Source: Chitinophagaceae bacterium
GTDB taxonomy: Bacteria; Bacteroidota; Bacteroidia; Chitinophagales; Chitinophagaceae
Direction of reading: 5' to 3'
Length of the DNA: 58,398 bases
NCBI GenBank assembly: GCA_947446585.1
Contig: CANFGZ010000001.1
Location: forward strand, 1 to 58,398
Below, piece after piece: positions 1 through 9,508 of the stretch. Position numbers and translations under genes: made by a program. Positions within the stretch are counted from its first letter, which is position 1. The number at the start of each line of letters is the position of its first letter. The notes below the pieces were generated by a model. That model searched no databases. It was not told the origin of the DNA and was given only the letters and a program-made list of their open reading frames with translations.

Positions 1-55
1 CTGCAGGGGTACTCTTTACATCGGCAAACAATTTTTGTAATGATTCCTCTGTCAT
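1..55 (-). CDS. 5' end of a gene translationally coupled to the ECF sigma gene (candidate anti-sigma factor), runs off the window edge
   Basis: ATG at 55 overlaps the sigma stop (ATGA); reads MTEESLQKLFADVKSTPA with no stop before the edge; function inferred from position only. Confidence 0.55.
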   Translation of the reverse strand, partial: MTEESLQKLFADVKSTPA

Positions 56-582
56 GGCATAATGTTTTTAGGTTCATTTTTTTCTTGCAGTAATGCAAGG
101 AGCTTTTGTCTTCCTCTCGACAATTGTTGCCTTATAGCTACTTCAGATTTTTTCTGAAAAACTGAGATCTCTTTTACAGAGAATCCTACGATTTCAAAAT
201 AAATCAGAGCATCACGCTGGTCTGCAGGAAGTAAAGAGAGCGCTTTATAGAGATGATCAATTTCTGATTTACGCTCTGCTTCTGAATTGATGAAATAATT
301 CGAATCAAGAATTTCATCTTGATATACTGGCGAAATTTTTCTCCGTTGATTGGCTAACAAACGGGTGGCAATTCCAAACAAAAAGTATAATAATTTGTCG
401 TGTTCTTTTACCTGTTCGAATTTTGAATACGCAATGAGTAAAGTTTCCTGCATCAAATCCCGGAACGGCATATAGCCATACGCTCTTGCTTTACAAAACC
501 GTTCAAATGAGTCATGAACAGGTTCGTATAACGACATAAACAATTCCTTTTTTTCCTTCATGCAACGAGTATGATTAGCCAA
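52..582 (-). CDS. ECF-type RNA polymerase sigma-70 factor
   Basis: Region 2 (DLMQETLL..Y, YFLFGIATR) and region 4 (ALSLLPADQRDAL..FSVKEIS..IRQQLSRGRQKL); true start may be ATG at 561. Confidence 0.9.
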   Translation of the reverse strand: MANHTRCMKEKKELFMSLYEPVHDSFERFCKARAYGYMPFRDLMQETLLIAYSKFEQVKEHDKLLYFLFGIATRLLANQRRKISPVYQDEILDSNYFINSEAERKSEIDHLYKALSLLPADQRDALIYFEIVGFSVKEISVFQKKSEVAIRQQLSRGRQKLLALLQEKNEPKNIMP

Positions 583-589
583 TCAGAAT

Positions 590-619
590 GTATGTGTAAA
601 TAAAGGAGAAATTGTGACA
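590..619 (-). promoter_or_regulatory. Putative ECF sigma promoter TGTCACA-N15-ACACATAC (autoregulatory)
   Basis: Directly upstream of the sigma gene; same 15 conserved nt and same spacer length recur at 57766-57795. Confidence 0.7.
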
Positions 620-733
620 TGATTTTAATAAAAATTAAAATTATCAAAACATTCAATTATGATTGAGAGCAAAATGACGTTATAGAATATTTCAATTAGA
701 GAGCTATTTTATTCTTTCTTGGCTATTAGTCAA

Positions 734-939
734 TTATAACTTTCCGAAATTCACCAAGCTCTCCACATCCTCCCAAAAGTTCGAACTCAAACCCATTAGG
801 AATACTTGAATGTAAATGTGTTTTTCTATTGGTTGCTATTATAAATTACCTGTTACATCATTCATTTTGAATTGAATGAGATTTTCAACTCAAATTCAAA
901 ACGCTTCGAACTCAAATCAGTAATCTCAACATGTGATTT
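734..939 (-). other. Two short remnants resembling recombinase C-termini/attachment-site scars
   Basis: 12-bp direct repeat TTCGAACTCAAA at 780-791 and 905-916; minus frames read VFLMGLSSNFWEDVESLVNFGKL* and KSHVEITDLSSKRFEFELK; resemblance recalled, not searched. Confidence 0.3.
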
Positions 940-1159
940 TTTAAGTGGATAGTTATAACATTTTGAAGCTGTGATAGTCTATTAAAGAAAATGATTAAGG
1001 AAACGTTTAATTCTTTCATTTCCTTTTTAATATTTATTTCTATATTTTTTTTATATTTAAGCTAGTTATAAAATATAATTCTCTTAACTGTATATTTCAA
1101 TATTGATGTTATAGTAAATTTTAAAACTGAATTATTAGAAAAGTCATTCATAAAATAAA

Positions 1160-2278
1160 TTGAAAATGAAAGAAAAATTAAAAATTTACTTAGGTGTTAT
1201 GTTTACAATTGCGGCTATTTACAATGCTGCTTATAGTTTAATTTCTCCGATATCTATTTTATTAAATATCAATCCCGAAAATTGGCTTTTTAAGGGGATA
1301 GATAACAATTGGGGAGAACGTGGATTTATTATGCTGGTTATAATAATTTTATTATCAACCATAATCTGTTTTGTTATTTTCCGTAATAATTTTTTAAATA
1401 CCGAAATTCTCTTACAACGTTTACGAAGTTTCTTAAGATACTTTTTGTTTTTTGTTTTTTTTGATTATGCTTTCGCTAAAACAATGGGAAACCAATTCAG
1501 TTTACCCGAATTTTTTGCAGACATGCCCCTTTCTGATTTAAATGGGTTTTTATTAACGTGGTTATTCTTTAGTTATAGTTATGTATATGGTTTATTTATC
1601 GCTTTTTCACAGTTTTTAGGGGCAACATTTTTGATAATAAATCGTACTAAATATATTGGTGCCTTATTGTTGATTCCGGTAATTAGTAATATTATTTTTA
1701 TTGATTATTGTTATGAAATAGGAAACGACGTAAAAGTAATTTCGGTTTTTTATTTAGTTGTGTTATTATATATTATTGAACCTATTATTGGATCTCTATT
1801 TAAATTGCTTTTATTCAAATCAGAATTAATATCAAAAGATAAAGCGCCCATTTCTTTAAATAAAAAACAGGTTGTTATAAAATTATTTACCACTTTGGCT
1901 ATCGCTTTTATTTGTTTTTACAGTAATTATATTCAAAAAGTAAAATTTCAATTTACTCAGCCAGTAATGGGTGTATGGAAAACAGGAAACGTTTATTTAA
2001 ACAATAATTTATTTACCTGGGATTGTTCAAATGATTCAATTCCGAAAAAAATATATTTTGAAAAAGGAGGAAGTTGTTTTATAAAATATAGCTCTACAGA
2101 TCATTATGGAAACTATCAAACCAAAGCAGATAGTATTTATATTTTTGATGGCAATGATAGTGCCCTTAATTTTTCTGGTAAATATAAAATGAATGATTCT
2201 CTTTTGGTTCTTAAAGGTATTATAAAAAATAATTTACCTGTCGTTTATAATTTATCCTTAATCAGGAAAATAAAATAA
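1160..2278 (+). CDS. Multi-pass membrane protein, DoxX-like
   Basis: Several TM segments; YAFAK..QF, LTWLFFSYSYVY, GALLLIPVISNIIFID pattern; soluble C-terminal domain. Confidence 0.6.
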   Translation: MKMKEKLKIYLGVMFTIAAIYNAAYSLISPISILLNINPENWLFKGIDNNWGERGFIMLVIIILLSTIICFVIFRNNFLNTEILLQRLRSFLRYFLFFVFFDYAFAKTMGNQFSLPEFFADMPLSDLNGFLLTWLFFSYSYVYGLFIAFSQFLGATFLIINRTKYIGALLLIPVISNIIFIDYCYEIGNDVKVISVFYLVVLLYIIEPIIGSLFKLLLFKSELISKDKAPISLNKKQVVIKLFTTLAIAFICFYSNYIQKVKFQFTQPVMGVWKTGNVYLNNNLFTWDCSNDSIPKKIYFEKGGSCFIKYSSTDHYGNYQTKADSIYIFDGNDSALNFSGKYKMNDSLLVLKGIIKNNLPVVYNLSLIRKIK

Positions 2279-2414
2279 ACCATAAAATAGTTAATGCTGC
2301 CTTTTAAAATATCATTATCTAAATAAATCAATTGGGAGATTTACATTTATAAAATTAGAAGCAGATAATTTATAAATTTATCAAAGACGATTTAAAATTA
2401 TTTTATTTCCCCAA

Positions 2415-2864
2415 TTATTTCAACCCTTCGTAATGTTTAATAATTTCGATGGCAAAAAACCACGCAGATATTAAGGTGCCAAAAGCAACTATTGCTGTAA
2501 ATATCATAAGTCCTAAAGTATACCTTTTCATTTCTTTTTGCATTATTTCCAAACGATTTGCATCTTTAATTTTAAGCTCTGCTTTTTCTACATATCCGCC
2601 ATTGTTAAAAAAAACAAGGCCTTCCAAAGAAATGGTCAGCGGGTCAATGCTCTTCACATATTTGTCAATATATAAAGTAGAAAAAAGAACATTGATTTCC
2701 CATTCTTTTAATCCAAACTTATCCATTACCTTTTGAGATATATTCTCATTTGTTGATATTAACTTATCCTCGGAATAAAATTTAACTCCTTTGTAAATAT
2801 TTTCATACTCCAAAATTAACTGCTCTAAAATATAATCCAGTTCTTTGTTATAGTTTTTGTTCAT
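2415..2864 (-). CDS. Hypothetical protein with C-terminal TM helix
   Basis: 149-aa ORF 18 nt downstream of kaiB; hydrophobic C-terminus. Confidence 0.6.
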   Translation of the reverse strand: MNKNYNKELDYILEQLILEYENIYKGVKFYSEDKLISTNENISQKVMDKFGLKEWEINVLFSTLYIDKYVKSIDPLTISLEGLVFFNNGGYVEKAELKIKDANRLEIMQKEMKRYTLGLMIFTAIVAFGTLISAWFFAIEIIKHYEGLK

Positions 2865-2882
2865 TTTTATTTTCGTTGTCTG

Positions 2883-3230
2883 TTAATCAATCAATTCATA
2901 AACAACTTTTTCTGTATCAGAAAGATCTCCTGTTAATCTTACTTCGGGTAAAGGGGATTTTTTTATTAAAGTTGGGATAGCTATGATTTGTTCTTTTATA
3001 GTTTTTTCGGGTTGCTCATAAATATCAATGATATCCAATTCGTAGTTATTTTGTAAATATTTATCAAATATAGTACGACAGTTTTTTATAGATTTTAAAG
3101 CATAAATAGATTTTTTATTAATAAACAACTCAAATAAATATTTTTTATTATTGTAAATATTTTTCATTGGGATAATTTTAAATTTACAATCAAAATCAGC
3201 ACTACTTTTAATCTGACTTGCCATTTTCAT
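2883..3230 (-). CDS. kaiB: KaiB family protein (divergent)
   Basis: YELDIIDIYEQPE..QIIAIPTLIKKSPLPEVRLTGDLSDTEKV; directly after kaiC; start may be ATG at 3167. Confidence 0.85.
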   Translation of the reverse strand: MKMASQIKSSADFDCKFKIIPMKNIYNNKKYLFELFINKKSIYALKSIKNCRTIFDKYLQNNYELDIIDIYEQPEKTIKEQIIAIPTLIKKSPLPEVRLTGDLSDTEKVVYELID

Positions 3231-4776
3231 TCAAGTCGTCGGATTTATATTGGTAAGCATTCTGCTGTTTTGATTCCGAAATATTTATTGAATGTAATTG
3301 AACACCATTTTCTTTTACTACCAGAGGTAATAATGTAATTCCATTTGAAGATATTTTTATTTCTTTTTTTAGTTTTGAATGGCTCATGCCTCTTGACTTT
3401 TTAACTTCTAATGTATTTATTCTCTTGTTAAAAAAATCAACATCCTGAAGCATAATCCAGGTATCTACTGTAGAAGAAATTCCTTCATCATTCTGATTTA
3501 ATGAAATAGAGTTAAGTGTAATAGCGGCAGTAAACATCACTGTTAATTTTTTTGTTTTTAAATACCAGATGAATTGAGTAAGCATAATTCTTATATCACT
3601 GTTGGGACCTTCTGTAATTAGATTGGATACCGGATCTAAAATAATTATAGCGGGTTTTGTTTTTTCTATTTCTTCTTTGATAGCCATAAAATGCAATTCG
3701 AGATTTAATAAAGTCGGAATAGCATGATAAAATTTAAGTTTGTTCGAATTAATTAATGGCATTAAATCAATGCCAATTAATTCCATATTTCTAATTATCT
3801 GATTAGGCGATTCTTCGAAAGCGCAAAAAAGACAAGATAAATTGTTTTTACAAACACTGTTTACAAAGATCATAGACATGCTAGATTTTCCTGTTCCCGC
3901 TGTTCCTGAAATAAGAATACTGCTGCCTAAATAAAATCCTTTGTTTTCGAGCATTTCATCCAATGATTTTAACCCCGAAGAAATTTTTTCGTTTACTATT
4001 TTAAAATCTATTGACTGATTAATTACCGGAAATACGGTCATGCCCTTTTCATCTATTGTAAAAGGATATTCATTGTTGGAATGAAAAGCACCTCTGTATT
4101 TTACTATTCTTATTCGTCTTGTTCCAATTTGATTATTTAAACGATTGTTTAACTCAATAACACAATCTGCTACATTTTCTTCAAGTCCTAAACGAGTGAG
4201 AAATGTATCCCCTGTTTCTGCGGTGATAATTGCGGTAACTTTTTTTTCTTTTAGCCATAAAAACAAACGCTTGAATTCCGACCGCAAAATTCTTGTATCA
4301 AAATTCGAAAACAAAGTATCAAAGGAATCCAGTACAATTCTCTTTGCATTAACCTTTTGAATAGCCTGATCAAGGATTACAAACAGTCCATCAATATTAT
4401 ACTTGCCAACTTCGTGAATCTCGTTATTGTTTATATTAAGATGATCAAGAAATATTTTTTTTTCTGAAATTAGTTTCTCCAAATCATGTCCAATCGTTAA
4501 TGCATTTACAATTAAATCCTCAATCCTTTCTTCAAATGTCATAAACAAACCAGGTTCATTAAATATCATTGCGCCATTGATTATATATTCCATTGACATA
4601 AATGTCTTACCTGTGCCACTCCCACCTACTAAAATAGTGGGCCGGTTTTTGGGTATTCCTCCATAAGTTATTTCATCAAACCCCTTAATACCTGTTGGGG
4701 TTTTTTCCAACTTTTTTTTTGAAATATTAATTTCCGGCACAACTTGTTCTAATGTGATTTTAGTTTCAGTTTTCAT
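3208..4776 (-). CDS. kaiC: KaiC family double-domain ATPase (KaiC2-like)
   Basis: Two RecA-like domains with P-loops GGSGTGKT and GTAGTGKS, FEE in each, KYRG and KSRG motifs, ISSTVDTW phosphosite region. Confidence 0.93.
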   Translation of the reverse strand: MKTETKITLEQVVPEINISKKKLEKTPTGIKGFDEITYGGIPKNRPTILVGGSGTGKTFMSMEYIINGAMIFNEPGLFMTFEERIEDLIVNALTIGHDLEKLISEKKIFLDHLNINNNEIHEVGKYNIDGLFVILDQAIQKVNAKRIVLDSFDTLFSNFDTRILRSEFKRLFLWLKEKKVTAIITAETGDTFLTRLGLEENVADCVIELNNRLNNQIGTRRIRIVKYRGAFHSNNEYPFTIDEKGMTVFPVINQSIDFKIVNEKISSGLKSLDEMLENKGFYLGSSILISGTAGTGKSSMSMIFVNSVCKNNLSCLFCAFEESPNQIIRNMELIGIDLMPLINSNKLKFYHAIPTLLNLELHFMAIKEEIEKTKPAIIILDPVSNLITEGPNSDIRIMLTQFIWYLKTKKLTVMFTAAITLNSISLNQNDEGISSTVDTWIMLQDVDFFNKRINTLEVKKSRGMSHSKLKKEIKISSNGITLLPLVVKENGVQLHSINISESKQQNAYQYKSDDLNENGKSD

Positions 4777-4940
4777 ATGATAGTTTTAATTTCAGGGTTG
4801 AGGTTAGAGATTTAATACGAGATTAAAATAAATACTTATCGAAGTAATAATTACTTCTGTAAACTAATTATTGATATGAGTCTTGTCATTTAACTTGAAC
4901 AGATATTTTTATAAATTCATTTTTACTCAAAATAATTCCG

Positions 4941-4976
4941 ACAAAAAAACCAGAAAATGTATTCCGGTTTTTTTGT
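4941..4976 (-). terminator. Intrinsic terminator after the collagen-like lipoprotein
   Basis: ACCGGAA/TTCTGGT stem (G:U on minus strand) flanked by A and T runs. Confidence 0.75.
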
Positions 4977-4992
4977 TGAAACTGTTTCATTA

Positions 4993-5457
4993 TTAATCTG
5001 CTAAATGATAATAATTTTTAACCGCACTGTAATTTGAATAATCTAAAAAAGGAACTTTTGCCGAACTTTTTATTAATACGGATCTAAAGTTTAACGTAAC
5101 TCCGGTACCTATTCGAGTTGGAATTTCAATATCTAAATGACCTGTTGATGGGTAAAAATACGGGATTACAAATGTTGAATTTTCGTAAGAACCATAGGGT
5201 AATTGTAGCATTGAACTGTCACTAAACCTCCAATAGGTAAGTGCAACATCTGTGGCATCTGAACCTGTGAGAGTTGTTGTTTTTAATGAATCGCCAACAC
5301 TGTAACTTAAAGAAAAATCAAATGTTTTTGCATCAGGGCCAGCTGCGCCAGTTGCACCCACAGGTCCTGTTGGTCCTTCTTTTGTACAACTTGTAAATAA
5401 AAATCCGAAAACAATAACCAGTGTTCCTAAAATTTTAAATGTTTTAATTTGTTTCAT
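4993..5457 (-). CDS. Lipoprotein with short collagen-like repeat
   Basis: Lipobox FTS-C followed by GPT GPV GAT GAA GPD; TAAATTTG promoter element upstream at 5486-5493. Confidence 0.8.
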   Translation of the reverse strand: MKQIKTFKILGTLVIVFGFLFTSCTKEGPTGPVGATGAAGPDAKTFDFSLSYSVGDSLKTTTLTGSDATDVALTYWRFSDSSMLQLPYGSYENSTFVIPYFYPSTGHLDIEIPTRIGTGVTLNFRSVLIKSSAKVPFLDYSNYSAVKNYYHLAD

Positions 5458-5662
5458 AAAATAATTTTTTAATTAAATAATGAAGCAAATTTATTTTTAA
5501 ATAAATTTCAATTGATGAATACGGGTCTGCTACCTGTTAGTTGTATTCATGATTAATATTATTTTTTAAACTTAAATAAAATATACTTTGGAAGAGAAAT
5601 CAGAAAATGAAAAAACAAAAATCATCCGTAGGTTATTATTAACTATGAGTCCGGGGATATTC

Positions 5663-6373
5663 TTATTTCACTTTAAAGGCAATAAAATAGTAATTGTTAA
5701 TTACACCAATAGGTTCGAGCTCGAGGTAATAAGAACTAATAAAATGAGAGTAAGCCATGAATTCGTGTGTTGGAACGCTGAATTCGTCAAATAAAATAAT
5801 GTCTCCTTTTTTCAAATAAGGAGCGATTGAAGTAAGGGTATATAGTGTTGCGGTGTAAAGGTCGGCATCCATCATAATTACCTTTCTTCTGGAATTATCA
5901 AAATCTTTTAAAAATGCCGGTAAGGTTTGCTGAAATAATCCCTGATAAAATTTTCCTCTTTCATCAATTATTTTCGGAATAGCTCCTGAATTGAAATAGC
6001 CTTTTTTATAGGGGCCAAAATCTTCTGGTAAACCGGTAAACGTATCAAAACCAAAAAACCTTGAAGATGAATTTGTGTTCTTTTTCATCCACCATTCAAA
6101 GGATACACCTGAAGCTACTCCAAACTCTAGATAATTAATTTCGTTATCCAGTTTTTCGGATTGAATGATGTTGTTATAAAGAATGAATCTTTTTTCATAA
6201 TCCCATTTTGAAAAAAAATCATTTCCTGGGATACGTTTATTTTTATTCGCCCATCTCGACATTTTACTCAGGTAAGCTAGTTGCAGGAAAAATCCTTCCA
6301 ACGGACCAAAAATAAAATGAAGTTTTAATTTTATGAAAATAGATTTAGTAAGTCTTATGATTGTGAATTTCAT
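5663..6373 (-). CDS. TylF/MycF/NovP-like O-methyltransferase
   Basis: YLEFGVASG, FGFDTFTGLPE, GLFQQTLP, MDADLY, ILFDE motifs. Confidence 0.85.
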   Translation of the reverse strand: MKFTIIRLTKSIFIKLKLHFIFGPLEGFFLQLAYLSKMSRWANKNKRIPGNDFFSKWDYEKRFILYNNIIQSEKLDNEINYLEFGVASGVSFEWWMKKNTNSSSRFFGFDTFTGLPEDFGPYKKGYFNSGAIPKIIDERGKFYQGLFQQTLPAFLKDFDNSRRKVIMMDADLYTATLYTLTSIAPYLKKGDIILFDEFSVPTHEFMAYSHFISSYYLELEPIGVINNYYFIAFKVK

Positions 6374-6424
6374 AAATGAACCTTGTAGTAATTGTAAATA
6401 TCAATGCCTGTTGTAAATGAACGA

Positions 6425-7135
6425 TTAACTAACCAGTGTTCCTACTTTTTCTCCGATTACAACACTCATCAGATTTCCTGGTCGGTTCATATTAAAAACA
6501 ATAATAGGCAGATTGTTTTCCATACACAAAGTAAACGCGGTCATATCCATTACGTTTAGCTTTTGGGAAATACAATCGGCAAAAGATATTTTATCAAATT
6601 TTGTTGCGGTTGGATCTTTTTCCGGATCCGCGGTGTAAATACCATCAACTCGGGTTCCTTTTAAAATAATATCTGCTTTTATTTCTATCGCTCTCAATGA
6701 ACCTGCTGTATCTGTAGTGAAATATGGATTTCCGGTTCCAGCACCAAAGATTACAACTCGACCTTTTTCCAAGTGACGAATAGCGCGTCTGCGTATATAC
6801 GGTTCCGCTACTTGTTCCATTTTTATGGCACTTTGTAAACGGGTATAAACGCCTGCTTTTTCCAATCCACTTTGTACGGCCATACCATTGATTACGGTTG
6901 CTAGCATACCCATATAATCGCCCTGAGCTCTTTCAATACCAGTTTCGGCTTCATTCATTCCTCTGTAAATATTACCACCACCAATTACTAAAGCCACCTG
7001 AACACCCATTTCAGTAATCAGTTTGATGTCTTTTGCATATTGTGCAATAACAGATGAATCAAGTCCAAAACTTTTATCTCCCATCAATGATTCTCCTGAA
7101 ATTTTAAGTAAAATTCTTTTGTACTTAGGCAACAT
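6425..7135 (-). CDS. pyrH: UMP kinase
   Basis: [37 protein letters not shown]. Confidence 0.98.
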   Translation of the reverse strand: MLPKYKRILLKISGESLMGDKSFGLDSSVIAQYAKDIKLITEMGVQVALVIGGGNIYRGMNEAETGIERAQGDYMGMLATVINGMAVQSGLEKAGVYTRLQSAIKMEQVAEPYIRRRAIRHLEKGRVVIFGAGTGNPYFTTDTAGSLRAIEIKADIILKGTRVDGIYTADPEKDPTATKFDKISFADCISQKLNVMDMTAFTLCMENNLPIIVFNMNRPGNLMSVVIGEKVGTLVS

Positions 7136-7182
7136 GGTTTATTGATTTATTATTGTTTGACTTTTCGTTTAGCAATTTGCAT

Positions 7183-7208
7183 AAAAAAACCCGGTTAAAA
7201 CCGGGTTT
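7183..7208 (-). terminator. Intrinsic terminator after tsf
   Basis: AAACCCGGTT/AACCGGGTTT stem followed by T run on minus strand. Confidence 0.75.
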
Positions 7209-7219
7209 AAAAAAATAAT

Positions 7220-8041
7220 TTATCCTAAAGCTACTCTCTTAAATTCGGTAACCTTCATATTGGCATCAATACTGGTTAAATATTGAGCAACAGATTGGTT
7301 TCCGTCTTTTACAAAAGCCTGAGCCATTAAAGTATTGTCTTTGAAAAATTTATTCAATTTACCCATTGCGATTTTTTCGGCCATTTCGGCTGGTTTACCT
7401 TCTGCTTTAACCATTTCAATCGCGATGTCTTTTTCTCTTGCGATTACATCAGCAGGAATTGAAGATTCGTCAACAGCCAATGGATTCATTGCAGCAATTT
7501 GCATGGCTACATCTTTTCCGGCTTCGGCTGATTCTACCGTCATTCCTACCAAAACACCCATGCGATTTGCACCATGAATGTAACTAGCTACGAATGGAGC
7601 TTCGACTCTTTCGAATTTAGAGATTTCAATTTTTTCGCCAATTGCTGCTAATTTATCATTGATTAAATCAACAACTTTAACTCCGTTGATTTCTGAATTA
7701 TATAGTTCTTCTGCAGATTTTACATTGTTTGCAATCGCAACGTCGGCAATGCTTTGAGCGAAAGCAACGAAGTCAGAATTTTTACTCACAAAATCCGTTT
7801 CGCAACTTATGCAAATTACAATTCCAGCTTTTTTATCTGGTGTTGTATATGCTAAAATAACTCCTTCTTTTGCTTCGCGGTCGCTGCGTTTTGCTGCAAC
7901 TTTCTGACCTTGTTTACGCAACCAGTCAATGGCTGCTTCAAAATCACCGTTACTTTCTGTTAATGCTTTTCGACAATCCATCATTCCTGCTCCTGTAGCC
8001 TGACGTAATTTATTTATATCTGCTGCTGTAATAGTACTCAT
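7220..8041 (-). CDS. tsf: Elongation factor Ts
   Basis: LRQATGAGMMDCRKAL, CETDFV. Confidence 0.98.
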   Translation of the reverse strand: MSTITAADINKLRQATGAGMMDCRKALTESNGDFEAAIDWLRKQGQKVAAKRSDREAKEGVILAYTTPDKKAGIVICISCETDFVSKNSDFVAFAQSIADVAIANNVKSAEELYNSEINGVKVVDLINDKLAAIGEKIEISKFERVEAPFVASYIHGANRMGVLVGMTVESAEAGKDVAMQIAAMNPLAVDESSIPADVIAREKDIAIEMVKAEGKPAEMAEKIAMGKLNKFFKDNTLMAQAFVKDGNQSVAQYLTSIDANMKVTEFKRVALG

Positions 8042-8109
8042 AGTTATCTCCTTTTATGTCCGTTTCCGGATTTTAATAGATTTATTATAATTAATACTTT
8101 TAAATTGAA

Positions 8110-8991
8110 TTATTTACCTGCTGGTCTTCTTGCACCTGCACCACCACTAATTGTTCTGCGTTTTGCAGGAGCTCCGCCACCACTTGTTTTACCACGCTTT
8201 CCTTTATCATCACCACCATCAACTTTTTGTTCAAATCGGGCAGCTTTAGCTTCAGCACTTTCTTCAACATCTGATGAGCTATCGTCTTCTTCTCTGTCTG
8301 CCTGACGTTCCTGCAAACCTTCAGCAATAGCTGCAGTAATATAATTTACTACAATAGAAATTGATTTAGTTGCGTCATCATTAGCAGGAATAGCAAAATC
8401 GATTTTATTAGGATCACAATTCGTGTCTACCATACCGAAAGTACCAATGTTCAAACGCTTAGCTTCTGCAAGTGCAATGTGTTCGTGACCGATATCCACT
8501 AAAAATAAAGCAGCAGGAACACGACTGATCTGAGCAATACCGCCCAAAACTTTTTCCATTTTATCTTTATCTCTGGTTAAAGTCAGTCTTTCTTTTTTGG
8601 TAAGGTTTTCTGCACTACCATCGCCCAATAATTTTTCGATGCTCTGCATTTTCTTAACACTTTTACGAACAGTATTAAAGTTGGTAAGCATTCCTCCCAG
8701 CCAACGTTCTGTAACGAAAGGCATATTTACGCGCTTTGCACATTCCTGAACAATTTCTTTAGCTTGTTTTTTTGTAGCAACAAACATGATTTTCTTACCA
8801 CTGCGGGCAATAGCTTTCATAGCTGCAGCCGCTTCCTGCATTCCTTCTACAGTTTTATTAAGGTCGATGATATGAATACCTTTTTTTTCTGCGAAGATGT
8901 AAGGAAGCATTTTGGGATTCCACTTTTTCTTTAAGTGACCAAAGTGAACGCCTGCTTCCAAAAGTTGCTGTTGTAATGATGTATTTTCCAT
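8110..8991 (-). CDS. rpsB: 30S ribosomal protein S2
   Basis: LLEAGVHFGH..WNPKM, RWLGGMLTNF, IPANDDA. Confidence 0.98.
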   Translation of the reverse strand: MENTSLQQQLLEAGVHFGHLKKKWNPKMLPYIFAEKKGIHIIDLNKTVEGMQEAAAAMKAIARSGKKIMFVATKKQAKEIVQECAKRVNMPFVTERWLGGMLTNFNTVRKSVKKMQSIEKLLGDGSAENLTKKERLTLTRDKDKMEKVLGGIAQISRVPAALFLVDIGHEHIALAEAKRLNIGTFGMVDTNCDPNKIDFAIPANDDATKSISIVVNYITAAIAEGLQERQADREEDDSSSDVEESAEAKAARFEQKVDGGDDKGKRGKTSGGGAPAKRRTISGGAGARRPAGK

Positions 8992-9010
8992 TTATAATTT
9001 TTTTAAAGTT

Positions 9011-9072
9011 GTTTGGAGTTTGGCGTTTGGAGTTTGATGTAAAACAACACCAAACACCAAACACGAAACGAA
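9011..9072. repeat. Inverted arrays of a heptamer (GTTTGGA/C x4 facing ACCAAAC x3)
   Basis: gtttgga gtttggc gtttgga gtttgat ... accaaac accaaac acgaaac between rpsI and rpsB; same heptamer family at 55256-55279. Confidence 0.8.
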
Positions 9073-9078
9073 ATAATA

Positions 9079-9468
9079 TTAACGCTTGCTGAACTGGAAG
9101 CTTCTTCTTGCTTTTTTGCGACCTGGTTTTTTACGCTCAACAGAACGAGGATCACGTTTTAATAAACCGGCTGCTTTTAAAACAGGGCGAAGTTCTGGAT
9201 TAATATCGATGAGAACTCTTGAAATAGCCAACTTTGTAGCCTCTGCTTGTCCTTTAACACCACCACCTGTAGCATTTACAAGAATATCGTATTTACCGGT
9301 AAGTTCACTGATTTTAAGAGGCGCTTCTACTTGGTTTTGTAAATACACCAGCGGGAAATAAGTTTTATAGTCTTTGCCGTTAACTGTGATTTTTCCGTCA
9401 CCTTTTGAAAGGAAAACACGGGTTACAGCTTCTTTTCTGCGGCCGACTGCGTTTTTTTGCTTTTCCAT
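9079..9468 (-). CDS. rpsI: 30S ribosomal protein S9
   Basis: GRRKEAV, GGGVKGQA, C-terminal QFSKR. Confidence 0.98.
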   Translation of the reverse strand: MEKQKNAVGRRKEAVTRVFLSKGDGKITVNGKDYKTYFPLVYLQNQVEAPLKISELTGKYDILVNATGGGVKGQAEATKLAISRVLIDINPELRPVLKAAGLLKRDPRSVERKKPGRKKARRSFQFSKR

Positions 9469-9508
9469 TTATTTATATTGAGTATCAGTAACCCGATACC
9501 AGGTTGAA

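Noticed and set aside
775-920. tRNA genes suggested by TTCGAA
   Set aside because: No cloverleaf, acceptor stem or CCA end could be built
5588-5794. 68-aa plus-strand ORF
   Set aside because: TTG start, mostly antisense to the methyltransferase, no recognisable motif
8858-9064. 68-aa ORF overlapping the rpsB start
   Set aside because: Out-of-frame overlap arising from heptamer repeats
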